Below the pieces are notes generated by a model. That model was not told where the DNA came from, did not search any database, and was given only the letters and a program-made list of their open reading frames with translations. DNA of 61,470 nucleotides, filler included. It is 7 parts of 7 records of this genome, joined end to end, with 100 filler letters (N's around TTAATTAATTAA, not from the genome) between each part and the next. Parts side by side here need not be neighbours in the genome. Positions count along the whole stretch, not along the records: positions 13,675 to 23,373 come from SRR31156797_41116; positions 23,474 to 29,686 come from SRR31156797_41172; 5 more parts are not named here. One strand, 5' to 3'. Positions 20,201 through 29,786 of the stretch are shown here, in pieces; positions within the stretch are counted from its first letter, which is position 1, and every line of letters starts with the position of its first letter. The translations under genes and the position numbers were made by a program.

Positions 20201-23200
20201 GACGACCCAGGGTGACGGAACCTTCGAAAATCAAAACCTTGAAAACTCCCGGTACTATCCCGGCACATCAGATATAGAGAACGGACAGGTTGAGATTTGT
20301 ATGGAAGCAATTGCCGGCGGCGATTGCCAAAATGGGTTCGACTGTATGACTTTGGTGATTAACAAGCCACCAATTGCTTTTGCAGGTAGCGACAATACAA
20401 TACCAAAATACGAATCCTATTACCTGTCGGAAGCTTATACAGATAATTACCAGATTTTACAGTGGTTTACCACCAATGGTACAGGTAATTTTGACAATTC
20501 AAATATTGCAAATCCAACTTATACACCAGGAACAATCGACTGGATTATCGGGAATATTGATATCAGCCTCACCGCATCTCCGTTAAGCCCTTGCACAGTT
20601 GCCGAAAATAGTTCTTTTAACCTGGCATTTACAGATGGCTGTTTCGATGCTGTTGCCGAAGCAGGCGATGATATAAACCTGTGTGAAGGTGAAACATTAA
20701 CCGAAGTGTCTCTGGATAATGCATATGCTGCTAATTTCTTAACCATCTCCTGGAGCACAAACGGGGATGGATATTTTAGCAATCCGAATATTTTAAAACC
20801 CGTTTATACACTTGGATCTCAGGATATTCTGAATGGGGGCGTTGAGCTAACCCTTCATGTTGATGCATGGAATGATTGTAACGATGCTTCGGATGTACTG
20901 ACCATCGAAACCATTCCTTCACCTACTGCCGGAGCCGGAAGTGATATGACCATTTGCGGAGATAACGGCATAATGCTTTTCGGTTCAGCCCAGGATTATA
21001 ATAGCGTTCAATGGGCAACGACCGGCGATGGAATTTTTGACAATCCAAATACACTTAACCCGATGTATTTCCCGGGTAGTGGAGATATGGCCAATGGGTC
21101 TGTACAATTATGCCTTACAGCAATGAGCGTAGGAAGCTGCCCGGATGACGAGGATTGTATGACGCTTAATCTTATCCCGAACGCAACTGCCAATGCAGGC
21201 AATGACGACAGTGTTTGTAGTGGAAATAGCTACCAGCTGAATGGCAATGCAACAGGTTACGCATCCATTTTATGGACCTCACTGGGCGATGGAACATTCA
21301 GCGAATCCACCACCCTGGACGCCAATTATTTCCCCGGCACCAACGACCTGAATTCTGGCCATGTTACGCTTCAGCTAACTGCCTTTGGATTTGGTGAATG
21401 TGCCGATATCATAAGTGACATGACCCTTGAAATTATAGAAGACCCGGTTGCTTTTGCAGGCGATGATGCCACAATTGATGCCGGACAAACTTACACCCTG
21501 GATGATGCTGTAGCTACAAATCCAGGTTCAATTCTGTGGGAAACCTCAGGAGACGGTACCTTTGATAATAATACACAAACCAAGCCTGTCTACTATCCCG
21601 GAATTAATGATATTTCCATACATGGGGCCACACTGACAATAACCGTTGCTCCAGTTGAACCTTGTACAGTTTCTGATTCGGATGAAATGTTCCTGACCAT
21701 TATGGCAGGCTGCGAAGATGCCATTGCCGATGCAGGTAACGATATCACTACCTGCGATCCTGCAGAAACACCATTAAATGGAAATGCACAAAACCAGGAA
21801 AGTGAACTCTGGCAATCCACAGGAGACGGCACTTTCGACAATCCCTCATCCTTAACCGCAATTTATTTTCCGGGAAATGATGACATTATCAACGGGTCGG
21901 TTGAACTATGCCTCACAGCATTCGCTGAGGGTGATTGTGAAGATGATACAGACTGCATGACGATCTCTTTCTTTGAAGGGCCGACAGTAAATGCAGGTGA
22001 TGACATCAGTACCTGCGACAACGAAAGTTTTGTAAATCTCAATGGTATCGCCGAAAACTATACAACCATAGCATGGAGCACATCAGGAACAGGCTATTTC
22101 TGGCCACAAAACAGCCTCACGCCAAAATATTTCTTTACCACCCTCGATAAGCAAATTGGTGTATTGGAACTCATTTTAACAGTTTCCAATGATAATTGCC
22201 CTCAGGTTAGCGACACATTAATGCTCACCATCAGCACCTCGCCTTTGGCATATGCCGGTGATGACAACACCATATGTGGAAACGAGGAGTTTTACGCGAT
22301 GGATGCATTTGCTGCTGAATATGAAGGGTTAATTTGGGAGACTGACGGGGACGGTACCTTTGATGACGCAAACATGCTAAATGCAACCTATTACCCCGGA
22401 TCAGAGGATGTTCAACAGGGTTCGGTACAGCTTTGCCTGACTGCAGTTGGCATGCCCGGGTGTGATGATGACACGCACTGCCTTATGCTTACCCTCAATC
22501 CTTCGGCCTTTGCAAATGCGGGTGACGATGTTGTAATCTGCGAATCAGATCCTGCCCAGCTAAATGGTACGGCAGCGGATTATGATTATATAATTTGGAA
22601 CACGACCGGAGACGGTACTTTTGATGATAATTCATCACTTACGGCAAATTACATACCAGGAACATCGGATATCGCTGCAGGGCAAACCATTTTGCAGCTT
22701 ACTGCCTATTCATCCACAAGCTGTGGAGATGCTGAAAGCGAAACAACCGTTTTTATTATCAAAAACCCAACTGCCTTTGCAGGAGATGACCAAGCGGTTT
22801 GTGAAACGGATGAGGTTCAGCTGGCCGGTAATGCCGAAAATTATTCCGGAGTGTTCTGGGCTACGTTTGGAGACGGAACTTTTGATGATGAATCTGCATT
22901 GAATACGATCTATACACCAGGACCACAGGATTTTGCCAACGGATCTGTTGATCTGTGCCTGACAGCAATGAGCAATGGCACCTGTGATGATGTTCAGGAT
23001 TGCATGACCCTGGCCATTGAAACTCTGCCGACTGCCTTGGCAGGTGGTGATCAGAATATCTGTGAAGATGAACCCGTAACCCTTGCCGGAACAGCCACAG
23101 AATTCAGCGCCGTTCTTTGGGAAACATCAGGTGACGGAACGTTTGAAAACGAGACGAATTTAAACACAACCTACTTCCCTGGTTCTGGCGACATCAACAA

Positions 23201-23373
23201 CGGAACTGTGGAAATCACACTGAATGCAATTGCTGAATCATTGTGTGATGATGTTTCAGATAAAATGGTGGTTACTATTGAACGGAAGCCTGTCGCAGAA
23301 GCAGGTATCGACCAGTCCGTTTGCGAAACGGAAGAAGTCCAGTTAAACGGAAACGGAGATTATTATTCAGATT
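14259..23373 (+). CDS. Giant secreted Cys-rich Ig/PKD-like tandem repeat protein (3' truncated)
   Basis: Signal peptide; 31 complete ~88-aa repeats counted by the W-x-T-x-G-D-G-x-F motif (AGxDxxIC...YxPGxxDI..GxVxLCLTA...C). Confidence 0.85.
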
Positions 23374-23473
23374 NNNNNNNNNNNNNNNNNNNNNNNNNNN
23401 NNNNNNNNNNNNNNNNNTTAATTAATTAANNNNNNNNNNNNNNNNNNNNNNNNNNNNNNNNNNNNNNNNNNNN
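23374..23473. other. Artificial contig spacer
   Basis: N run with TTAATTAATTAA. Confidence 0.99.
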
Positions 23474-23562
23474 AACAAGGATAAAGACTAATTTAGTGTA
23501 AAGAATGTGCCTTAACGAACATTTAGAAAATCCAAGGCAATAACAAACTTAATATCTACGAC

Positions 23563-23988
23563 ATGCCAAAATTACAAGGAAAGGAAAAAATCTTAATTAT
23601 CGCCAAAGGTATGTTATTAATTTCCATACTCTTGATGATAATAGTAATACCTGGAGTTTATACTAAATCATTAGCAAATGAAAACAATCCAGGTGCTGTA
23701 ATCGGAATATCATTAGCAATTATTATTCGTCTATTAATATTTTTTTGGTACACATCAATAATTAAAAGTATTAGACTTGATGGTAAAAAAAGGAAAACAG
23801 CATGCATTGTAATCGGAATTCTTCTTATTATATTTGGATTAATCTATTCGGATGGTGCTTTTGCATTCCTAAATAATAAGAACATAATTTACGTATCCTA
23901 TTTGATGTTTACAAGTGTTTTTTTCGATATAATTGCTTCGATACTAACTTTCATTTCCCTCATTTTAAAGTCACAAAAAATAAAATAA
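23563..23988 (+). CDS. Hypothetical 4-TM membrane protein
   Basis: Four hydrophobic segments, 141 aa. Confidence 0.65.
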   Translation: MPKLQGKEKILIIAKGMLLISILLMIIVIPGVYTKSLANENNPGAVIGISLAIIIRLLIFFWYTSIIKSIRLDGKKRKTACIVIGILLIIFGLIYSDGAFAFLNNKNIIYVSYLMFTSVFFDIIASILTFISLILKSQKIK

Positions 23989-24049
23989 GTGTGTTAGACA
24001 ATCATAAAACCAAGCCCACACAAAAAGTGGGTTGTGTCGTCTGATTTAA

Positions 24050-24190
24050 AATGGTTCATTAGTAACACGTATTGAAATATTGGATATCAATTGGAGAAAA
24101 ACAATTGATAATGTAGACTATAATTATGGTAGAGTGTTTGAATTAATGAAAAATAGTAATCAAAAGAAACCATTTTGGAAATTATGGTAG
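24050..24190 (+). pseudogene. 3' gene remnant ending KKPFWKLW
   Basis: Start-less 46-codon open frame NGSLVTRIEILDINW...QKKPFWKLW*. Confidence 0.45.
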
Positions 24191-24263
24191 AATCAAATTC
24201 AGCACCTAACAAAAATTAAAGGGCAGTACCCCTTAGCTTTTATATTCACACACATCGTATTTA

Positions 24264-24899
24264 ATGGAAAATATAGATATTAATAAAATAATAAAGCAGC
24301 TTGAAATTAATAATTTTGAAGTGTTTCTGGCTAAAAATATCCAATCAGCTAAAGATATATTTGAAAACAATATACTAAAGCAATTAAAATTTTCAAGTGT
24401 CTCTTTTGGTGATTCTATAACCATGCGTAAGACCGGTATTCTTGATGTGTTGAGAAATAAAGATTCGATAGAATTTATAGACACTTTTGATGAAAGTGAT
24501 AGCTGGAAAGATCAAATCAACAAAAGAAAAAAGGCATTAACAGCAGATTTATTTTTAACAGGAACAAATGCAATTACAAAAAAAGGACAATTAGTTAATC
24601 TTGATATGATAGGTAACCGAGTTGCTCCTTTAGCTTTTGGTCCACGGAATGTTGTTTTATTTATTGGAAAAAATAAAATAGTAAATGACCTGGACGAAGC
24701 CATGAATAGAATAAGAACAATCTCAGCACCATTAAATGCTAAACGTCATGAAGATTTAAAGACACCATGTCAAAAGACAGGTATTTGCTGTGATTGTAAG
24801 AGTCCACAAAGAATTTGTAATACATGGACCATAACAGAAAAATCATATCCTAAGAATCGGGTTAAGATTATATTAATCGACGAAGAACTGGGATATTAA
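24264..24899 (+). CDS. LUD-domain (lactate utilization LutC-like) protein
   Basis: FLTGTNAIT..GQLVNLDMIGNRVA; PCQKTGICCDCKSPQRICN. Confidence 0.85.
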   Translation: MENIDINKIIKQLEINNFEVFLAKNIQSAKDIFENNILKQLKFSSVSFGDSITMRKTGILDVLRNKDSIEFIDTFDESDSWKDQINKRKKALTADLFLTGTNAITKKGQLVNLDMIGNRVAPLAFGPRNVVLFIGKNKIVNDLDEAMNRIRTISAPLNAKRHEDLKTPCQKTGICCDCKSPQRICNTWTITEKSYPKNRVKIILIDEELGY

Positions 24900-25030
24900 G
24901 ATTACGAAAGCTAACAAAAGTAAGCACTGTGCATCCAAAAATAAATTCTAATGGAATCTGTTATCAAACTTATTCATAGAAGAAATTAAAAACTAATTTT
25001 GTCGATAATTTATCTAAAACTTGCGGTAAA

Positions 25031-25909
25031 ATGAAAAGAACAAAAGAAAGAGTCATAACGATCACGTCCAAATTGTTTTTAGGGATCCTACTTTTAAGCC
25101 TACCCGCTTTATTGTTAGCTCAAAACACAAGTAAAGTAGATTCTATCGAGCAGCCACTATACAAACCCTTTATTGAAAGATATATACTTGACGAGATAAA
25201 AATTTTAAGACAGGAAAATCAGAGCTTGAGAGCACAGGTTACCAAACAAATTGCTGAAGCAAAACTAGAGTCATCGGACAGAGCTATTAATTATACCACA
25301 AGTACAATAAACAATATTTTTTACATCATTACTGCGGCAGCTTCATTGTTGGTGCTTTTGGGATGGCGTTCTCTAAATGATATTAAAAATAGTTTAAAGA
25401 GCGATATGGCTAAGAAAATTGAAACTCTTACAGCAGACTATGAGAATCGTCTTCAGCAGATTGAAATAAAAATGACGGAACGTTCTAAAGTCATCATAGA
25501 AACACAACAAGACATAACCAACACCAATTCGATTCACTCTTTATGGATGCGTGCCGGACTAGAAAAAAGTGAAGAAGATAAAATTTCAATCTATGATGAA
25601 ATTTTAAATATTAAACCAAATGACATCGAAGCCATGACCTATAAGGCTGATGCATTATTAGAAATAGGGGAAGTACGCTGGGCATTGAATCTTTCGAATA
25701 CCGCCATTGAACATGACGATGAGTACTCTCTTGCCTACTGGCAGCGTGCTTGTGCTTATGCAAAATTGGATAAACCAAATGAAGCATTAAAAGACCTGGT
25801 AAAAGCACTAGACTTGTCAGATACCTTACAAGACGAACTGCTAAATGAAAAACATTTTGAAAGTTTACATGATAATAAATCATTTAAGTTATTAATCCCC
25901 CACTCCTAA
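25031..25909 (+). CDS. Membrane-anchored TPR protein
   Basis: Signal peptide, coiled coil, TM helix, C-terminal TPRs (AYWQRACAYAKL). Confidence 0.8.
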   Translation: MKRTKERVITITSKLFLGILLLSLPALLLAQNTSKVDSIEQPLYKPFIERYILDEIKILRQENQSLRAQVTKQIAEAKLESSDRAINYTTSTINNIFYIITAAASLLVLLGWRSLNDIKNSLKSDMAKKIETLTADYENRLQQIEIKMTERSKVIIETQQDITNTNSIHSLWMRAGLEKSEEDKISIYDEILNIKPNDIEAMTYKADALLEIGEVRWALNLSNTAIEHDDEYSLAYWQRACAYAKLDKPNEALKDLVKALDLSDTLQDELLNEKHFESLHDNKSFKLLIPHS

Positions 25910-26177
25910 CGATTACAATTTTAGAATGCTTTTATCGATAAAAACAGAAAGTGGCAAGCTCGCAGTATGGCATAAATGTAAAAATGAATAGTGTGAGAAT
26001 TATTATAAGTTGCCTATAAGTAAAATATTATCTCTTATGTATTCTTAAAACTGCTATATTTAAGTTTTTAATAAGCAGTCTGATAACTTTTTAGCTAGGC
26101 TATCATTTATAACACATATAGTAAAGCCCAGCCATAAAAGCAATTTGGATGATAACAGCAACCTAAAATAAATCCGT

Positions 26178-27995
26178 ATGAAATTCAAGCTACTAGCTCT
26201 TTTATCGATAAGTCTTATTCTATCCTGCTCAGAGAAAGCATCCAATTCTGATTCTTTTGATCCTAAAATTTCTGAAGTAGAAAGCAATCTTAGTTCGCCA
26301 GTTTACATTGAAGGAGATTCTACATGGACCATTGAAGCACGAATGAAACATTATGGTGTTCCTGGAGTGAGTATCGCCGTGATAAACGAAGGAGAAATTG
26401 CATGGGTGAAAACTTATGGAATTATGGATAAAGAGAGTAAGGCTCCTGTAACAAAAAACACCTTATTTCAAGCTGCATCCATTAGCAAACCTGTTTCGGC
26501 TTATGCTGCCTTAAGATTAGTAGAGCAAGCTAAAGTTGACTTAAATGCAGATATCAACACTCTATTAAAATCCTGGAAGCTTGCTGATAACAAATTCACA
26601 TCCGAAAAGAAAGTAACTCTTAAAAATCTGCTGAATCATTCGGCAGGTGTTACGGTGCATGGTTTTTTAGGGTATAGCCCGGATTTACCAGTGCCTAGCT
26701 TACTACAAGTATTAGATGGAACACCTCCTGTCAATTCAAGTGCTACGGAAGTGAATAAAGTTCCAGAGGAAAGTTTTCGATATTCTGGTGGAGGATATAA
26801 TATAGTTCAGCAAATGATGATTGATGTGGAAGGCAAGCCATTTCCTGAAATTATGAAAGAACAGGTTTTACAACCCTTAGGTATGCAAAACAGTAGTTTT
26901 AATCAGCCTCTTACTAAAACCCAATTAGGCATGGCAGCAACTGGTTATTTACCAGATGGTAGAATGACCAAAGGAAAACGACATACCTATCCGGAAATGG
27001 CACCTGCAGGACTATGGACTACACCTGAGGATCTTGCCAAGTTTGCCATCACTATTCAAAAAACCCTAAAAGAGCAAAGCAAAGTGGGTTTGTCTAAAGA
27101 TTTAACAAATCAAATGTTAACTCCCTTTGTAGAAGACTTTATAGGCCTTGGCATATTCGTTAATAAGAAGAAGGATCAGGTTTACTTTGGTCATGGCGGC
27201 TGGAATGAAGGTTTTTCGAGCGAAATGATTGCCCATAGAGATAAAGGATACGGAGTGGTAGTCATGATTAATTCCAATCATCCGAAGTTTATTTCCGAAC
27301 TAATTCGTTCTGTTGCTTTAACCTATAAATGGGATGATTTTATACCCAGATATAAAGAGGTAGAAACAAATAGTGACTCATTATCTAAAATTACTGGTAA
27401 ATATTTGGTTGGCGGATATTCTTTTATTGAAGTACTGGACGTCAACAATCAATTGATGTACAGAGATGGTCCGGAAAAAGAACTTACAGAACTAATTCAA
27501 GTATCGGATAGCACTTTCGTTGTAAGAGATTTTGATGCAATCTTTCAATTCAAAGCAAATGCAGAGCAAAATTTCATGGACATACATGTTATCAATTCAA
27601 ATACCATGAAAACCAGGTCTGTTTATAGTCAAATTACAGATGATACAAAGTTACCACTGGAAATGATCATGGATGGAGATTTCGATCAGGCGCTGGCATC
27701 CTACAAAACTTTACTAAAAAAAGATAAAAATGATCCTAACATCAGCGAAAGCAATTTAAACAATTTGGGCTATCGTTTTTTAGGAACGGATAAAATTAAA
27801 GTGGCTAAGGATCTATTCAAGATGAATATGATACTCTACCCTGAAAGCTTTAATGTATATGATAGTTATGCCGAAGCATGCCTAAAAATGGGCGAGAAAA
27901 AACTAGCAATTGAATATTATCAAAAATCATTAAATCTAAATCCTCAGAATGCAAATGCAAAAAAGCAAATTGCAGAATTAGAAAAGAAAAACTAA
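26178..27995 (+). CDS. Beta-lactamase-family serine hydrolase lipoprotein with C-terminal TPR
   Basis: Lipobox ILSC; SISK, YSG and HGG motifs; NVYDSYAEA TPR. Confidence 0.88.
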   Translation: MKFKLLALLSISLILSCSEKASNSDSFDPKISEVESNLSSPVYIEGDSTWTIEARMKHYGVPGVSIAVINEGEIAWVKTYGIMDKESKAPVTKNTLFQAASISKPVSAYAALRLVEQAKVDLNADINTLLKSWKLADNKFTSEKKVTLKNLLNHSAGVTVHGFLGYSPDLPVPSLLQVLDGTPPVNSSATEVNKVPEESFRYSGGGYNIVQQMMIDVEGKPFPEIMKEQVLQPLGMQNSSFNQPLTKTQLGMAATGYLPDGRMTKGKRHTYPEMAPAGLWTTPEDLAKFAITIQKTLKEQSKVGLSKDLTNQMLTPFVEDFIGLGIFVNKKKDQVYFGHGGWNEGFSSEMIAHRDKGYGVVVMINSNHPKFISELIRSVALTYKWDDFIPRYKEVETNSDSLSKITGKYLVGGYSFIEVLDVNNQLMYRDGPEKELTELIQVSDSTFVVRDFDAIFQFKANAEQNFMDIHVINSNTMKTRSVYSQITDDTKLPLEMIMDGDFDQALASYKTLLKKDKNDPNISESNLNNLGYRFLGTDKIKVAKDLFKMNMILYPESFNVYDSYAEACLKMGEKKLAIEYYQKSLNLNPQNANAKKQIAELEKKN

Positions 27996-28167
27996 ATGAT
28001 CATTGGCATTCACGCTCAAGTTAATCGTTTGGTGTAAGTAATCAAAAACAATAAGCCGGGTTATGTAGCTCACCTGCTCTTTTAAAGGATTCAAGAATTT
28101 TAAAATGATCTTGCTCTAAATATAAATAAGTACCTTTGATCTCTTATTTATATACAAAACGAAGGAC

Positions 28168-28491
28168 ATGAAAAAAAACGCAATAAAGCCAACACCAGAA
28201 GCAAAAGCTCTTTCTCTTTTTTTAATGGCTTACAAAACAATAGATCCTATTTACAAAGAAAAATCCAAACGAATTAATAGATTGTGGGATCTTGTGAAGG
28301 CTAGAGAATTAAGCAATAACGACTATATGGAAGAGGTGCAAAATATGTTAGCATCCTATGGTGGCTATTCTGAAGTCATCGAGAAAACAGTTAGGTATTA
28401 CATTGAAAAAACCGGCGAATGGAAATTAGAGGGTGATGACAAATATTGCCAGGACGCGAAGCAAATTGCTGATAAGATATTGAAAAAGTAG
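28168..28491 (+). CDS. Hypothetical protein
   Basis: 107-aa ORF with AAGGA upstream; no recognised motif. Confidence 0.6.
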   Translation: MKKNAIKPTPEAKALSLFLMAYKTIDPIYKEKSKRINRLWDLVKARELSNNDYMEEVQNMLASYGGYSEVIEKTVRYYIEKTGEWKLEGDDKYCQDAKQIADKILKK

Positions 28492-28544
28492 GCACTTTAT
28501 TGCCAACTTAGCCAGTTAACAAATCTTGTTATATAATTTTTATC

Positions 28545-28579
28545 AAATAGGTACATGAAGTCATTCGCGTACCTATTTT
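28545..28579 (+). terminator. Putative intrinsic terminator
   Basis: AAATAGGTAC (28545-28554) / GTACCTATTT (28569-28578). Confidence 0.55.
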
Positions 28580-28742
28580 GCTTATCTATTTATTGTAATA
28601 AGGACACATCTTGAGAAAAGCTAAATTTAAAGAGTATGTATTTACTCTTATTCTTTCGGCTTTTACTTATGGTATCTGGAATATACACATGAGAATAAAG
28701 AATCTATTAAATACTGATACTATTATCAATAACAAGAATTAA

Positions 28743-29345
28743 ATGATTAAAACAGGATTTCTATACCTACTTCTTTTCCTTTTTCCAGGTTACAATATGG
28801 AATGTGACCTTCCTATCAATTCGGCAGATAGAAAATCCATAGATTTTATACGCTTAACTGATATAGGCAAATTTGGTCTTCTAAGAAAAGAGAGACCGGG
28901 TGTTCCTGCTCATTATCATACTGGTATTGATATTAAGAGACCTTCGAACAACTACTATAACGAACCAATTTTTGCAATTTCGGAAGGTAGGGTAATTAGC
29001 ATTCGTAAAGATGGTCCCTATGCACAAGTAATTATTGAGCACGGAGATTCTGATTTTTGGACCGTTTATGAACACACTGCAGGAATACGAGTCGAATTGT
29101 ATCAGCATGTGAATCCAAATACACCAATAGCCAGGTTCATGAATAAGGAAGAGTTACACAAATATGGTTGGCAATTCGATCATTTTCATTTCGAAGTTCT
29201 TAAAAAATCTCCAATTCGAATCAAATTGGATCCTTCTAAACCTCAAAGACTTTTTGCATCTTATAGTTTGATCTGCTATACCAAAGGTGATTTGCAGAAA
29301 TACTTTTACAACCCCATTGATTTCTTAAAAGGTCACCTAAGATAA
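28743..29345 (+). CDS. M23 family metallopeptidase
   Basis: HTGID (HxxxD) and HFH zinc motifs; N-terminal hydrophobic segment. Confidence 0.85.
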   Translation: MIKTGFLYLLLFLFPGYNMECDLPINSADRKSIDFIRLTDIGKFGLLRKERPGVPAHYHTGIDIKRPSNNYYNEPIFAISEGRVISIRKDGPYAQVIIEHGDSDFWTVYEHTAGIRVELYQHVNPNTPIARFMNKEELHKYGWQFDHFHFEVLKKSPIRIKLDPSKPQRLFASYSLICYTKGDLQKYFYNPIDFLKGHLR

Positions 29346-29455
29346 CCTATTGATATTAAATCTAATACTCAACTTACTCTTTAAAAAGCACTACCAATTA
29401 AAATGGCATAACGAAAAATAAAAAACTTCTGACGGGAAATATATTAGGTCTGACA

Positions 29456-29686
29456 GAACATTCGTTGGAGCCAACGGAACATTCGTTAGAGCCAACGGAA
29501 CATTTGTTGGAGCCAACGGAACTTAGGAAAGTGTTTTTTGAGCCTAAAATGTACTCTTTTTACCTTCCGCTAGCTCCAACGGAAGTTCAAAACCTCTGTT
29601 TTAAGCTTCCGTTAGGTACTTTTTACCATCCGTAGAGCATTTCCTAAGTTCCGTAATCTTGTAAATACTTTCCGTAGGCTCTAACT
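29456..29686. repeat. 21-nt periodic palindromic repeat tract
   Basis: Three near-identical GAACATTCGTTGGAGCCAACG units; TCCG recurs in the same 21-nt register at 29566, 29608, 29629, 29650 and 29671; 15-bp inverted repeat at 29516-29530/29640-29654. Confidence 0.85.
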
Positions 29687-29786
29687 NNNNNNNNNNNNNN
29701 NNNNNNNNNNNNNNNNNNNNNNNNNNNNNNTTAATTAATTAANNNNNNNNNNNNNNNNNNNNNNNNNNNNNNNNNNNNNNNNNNNN
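29687..29786. other. Artificial contig spacer
   Basis: N run with TTAATTAATTAA. Confidence 0.99.

Noticed and set aside
26178-27995. Antibiotic-resistance beta-lactamase
   Set aside because: YSG/HGG motifs plus lipoprotein and TPR architecture fit generic serine hydrolases/peptidases, not class C beta-lactamases.
29456-29520. CRISPR array
   Set aside because: Units are directly tandem with no unique spacers, only 21 nt long, and no cas genes are nearby.
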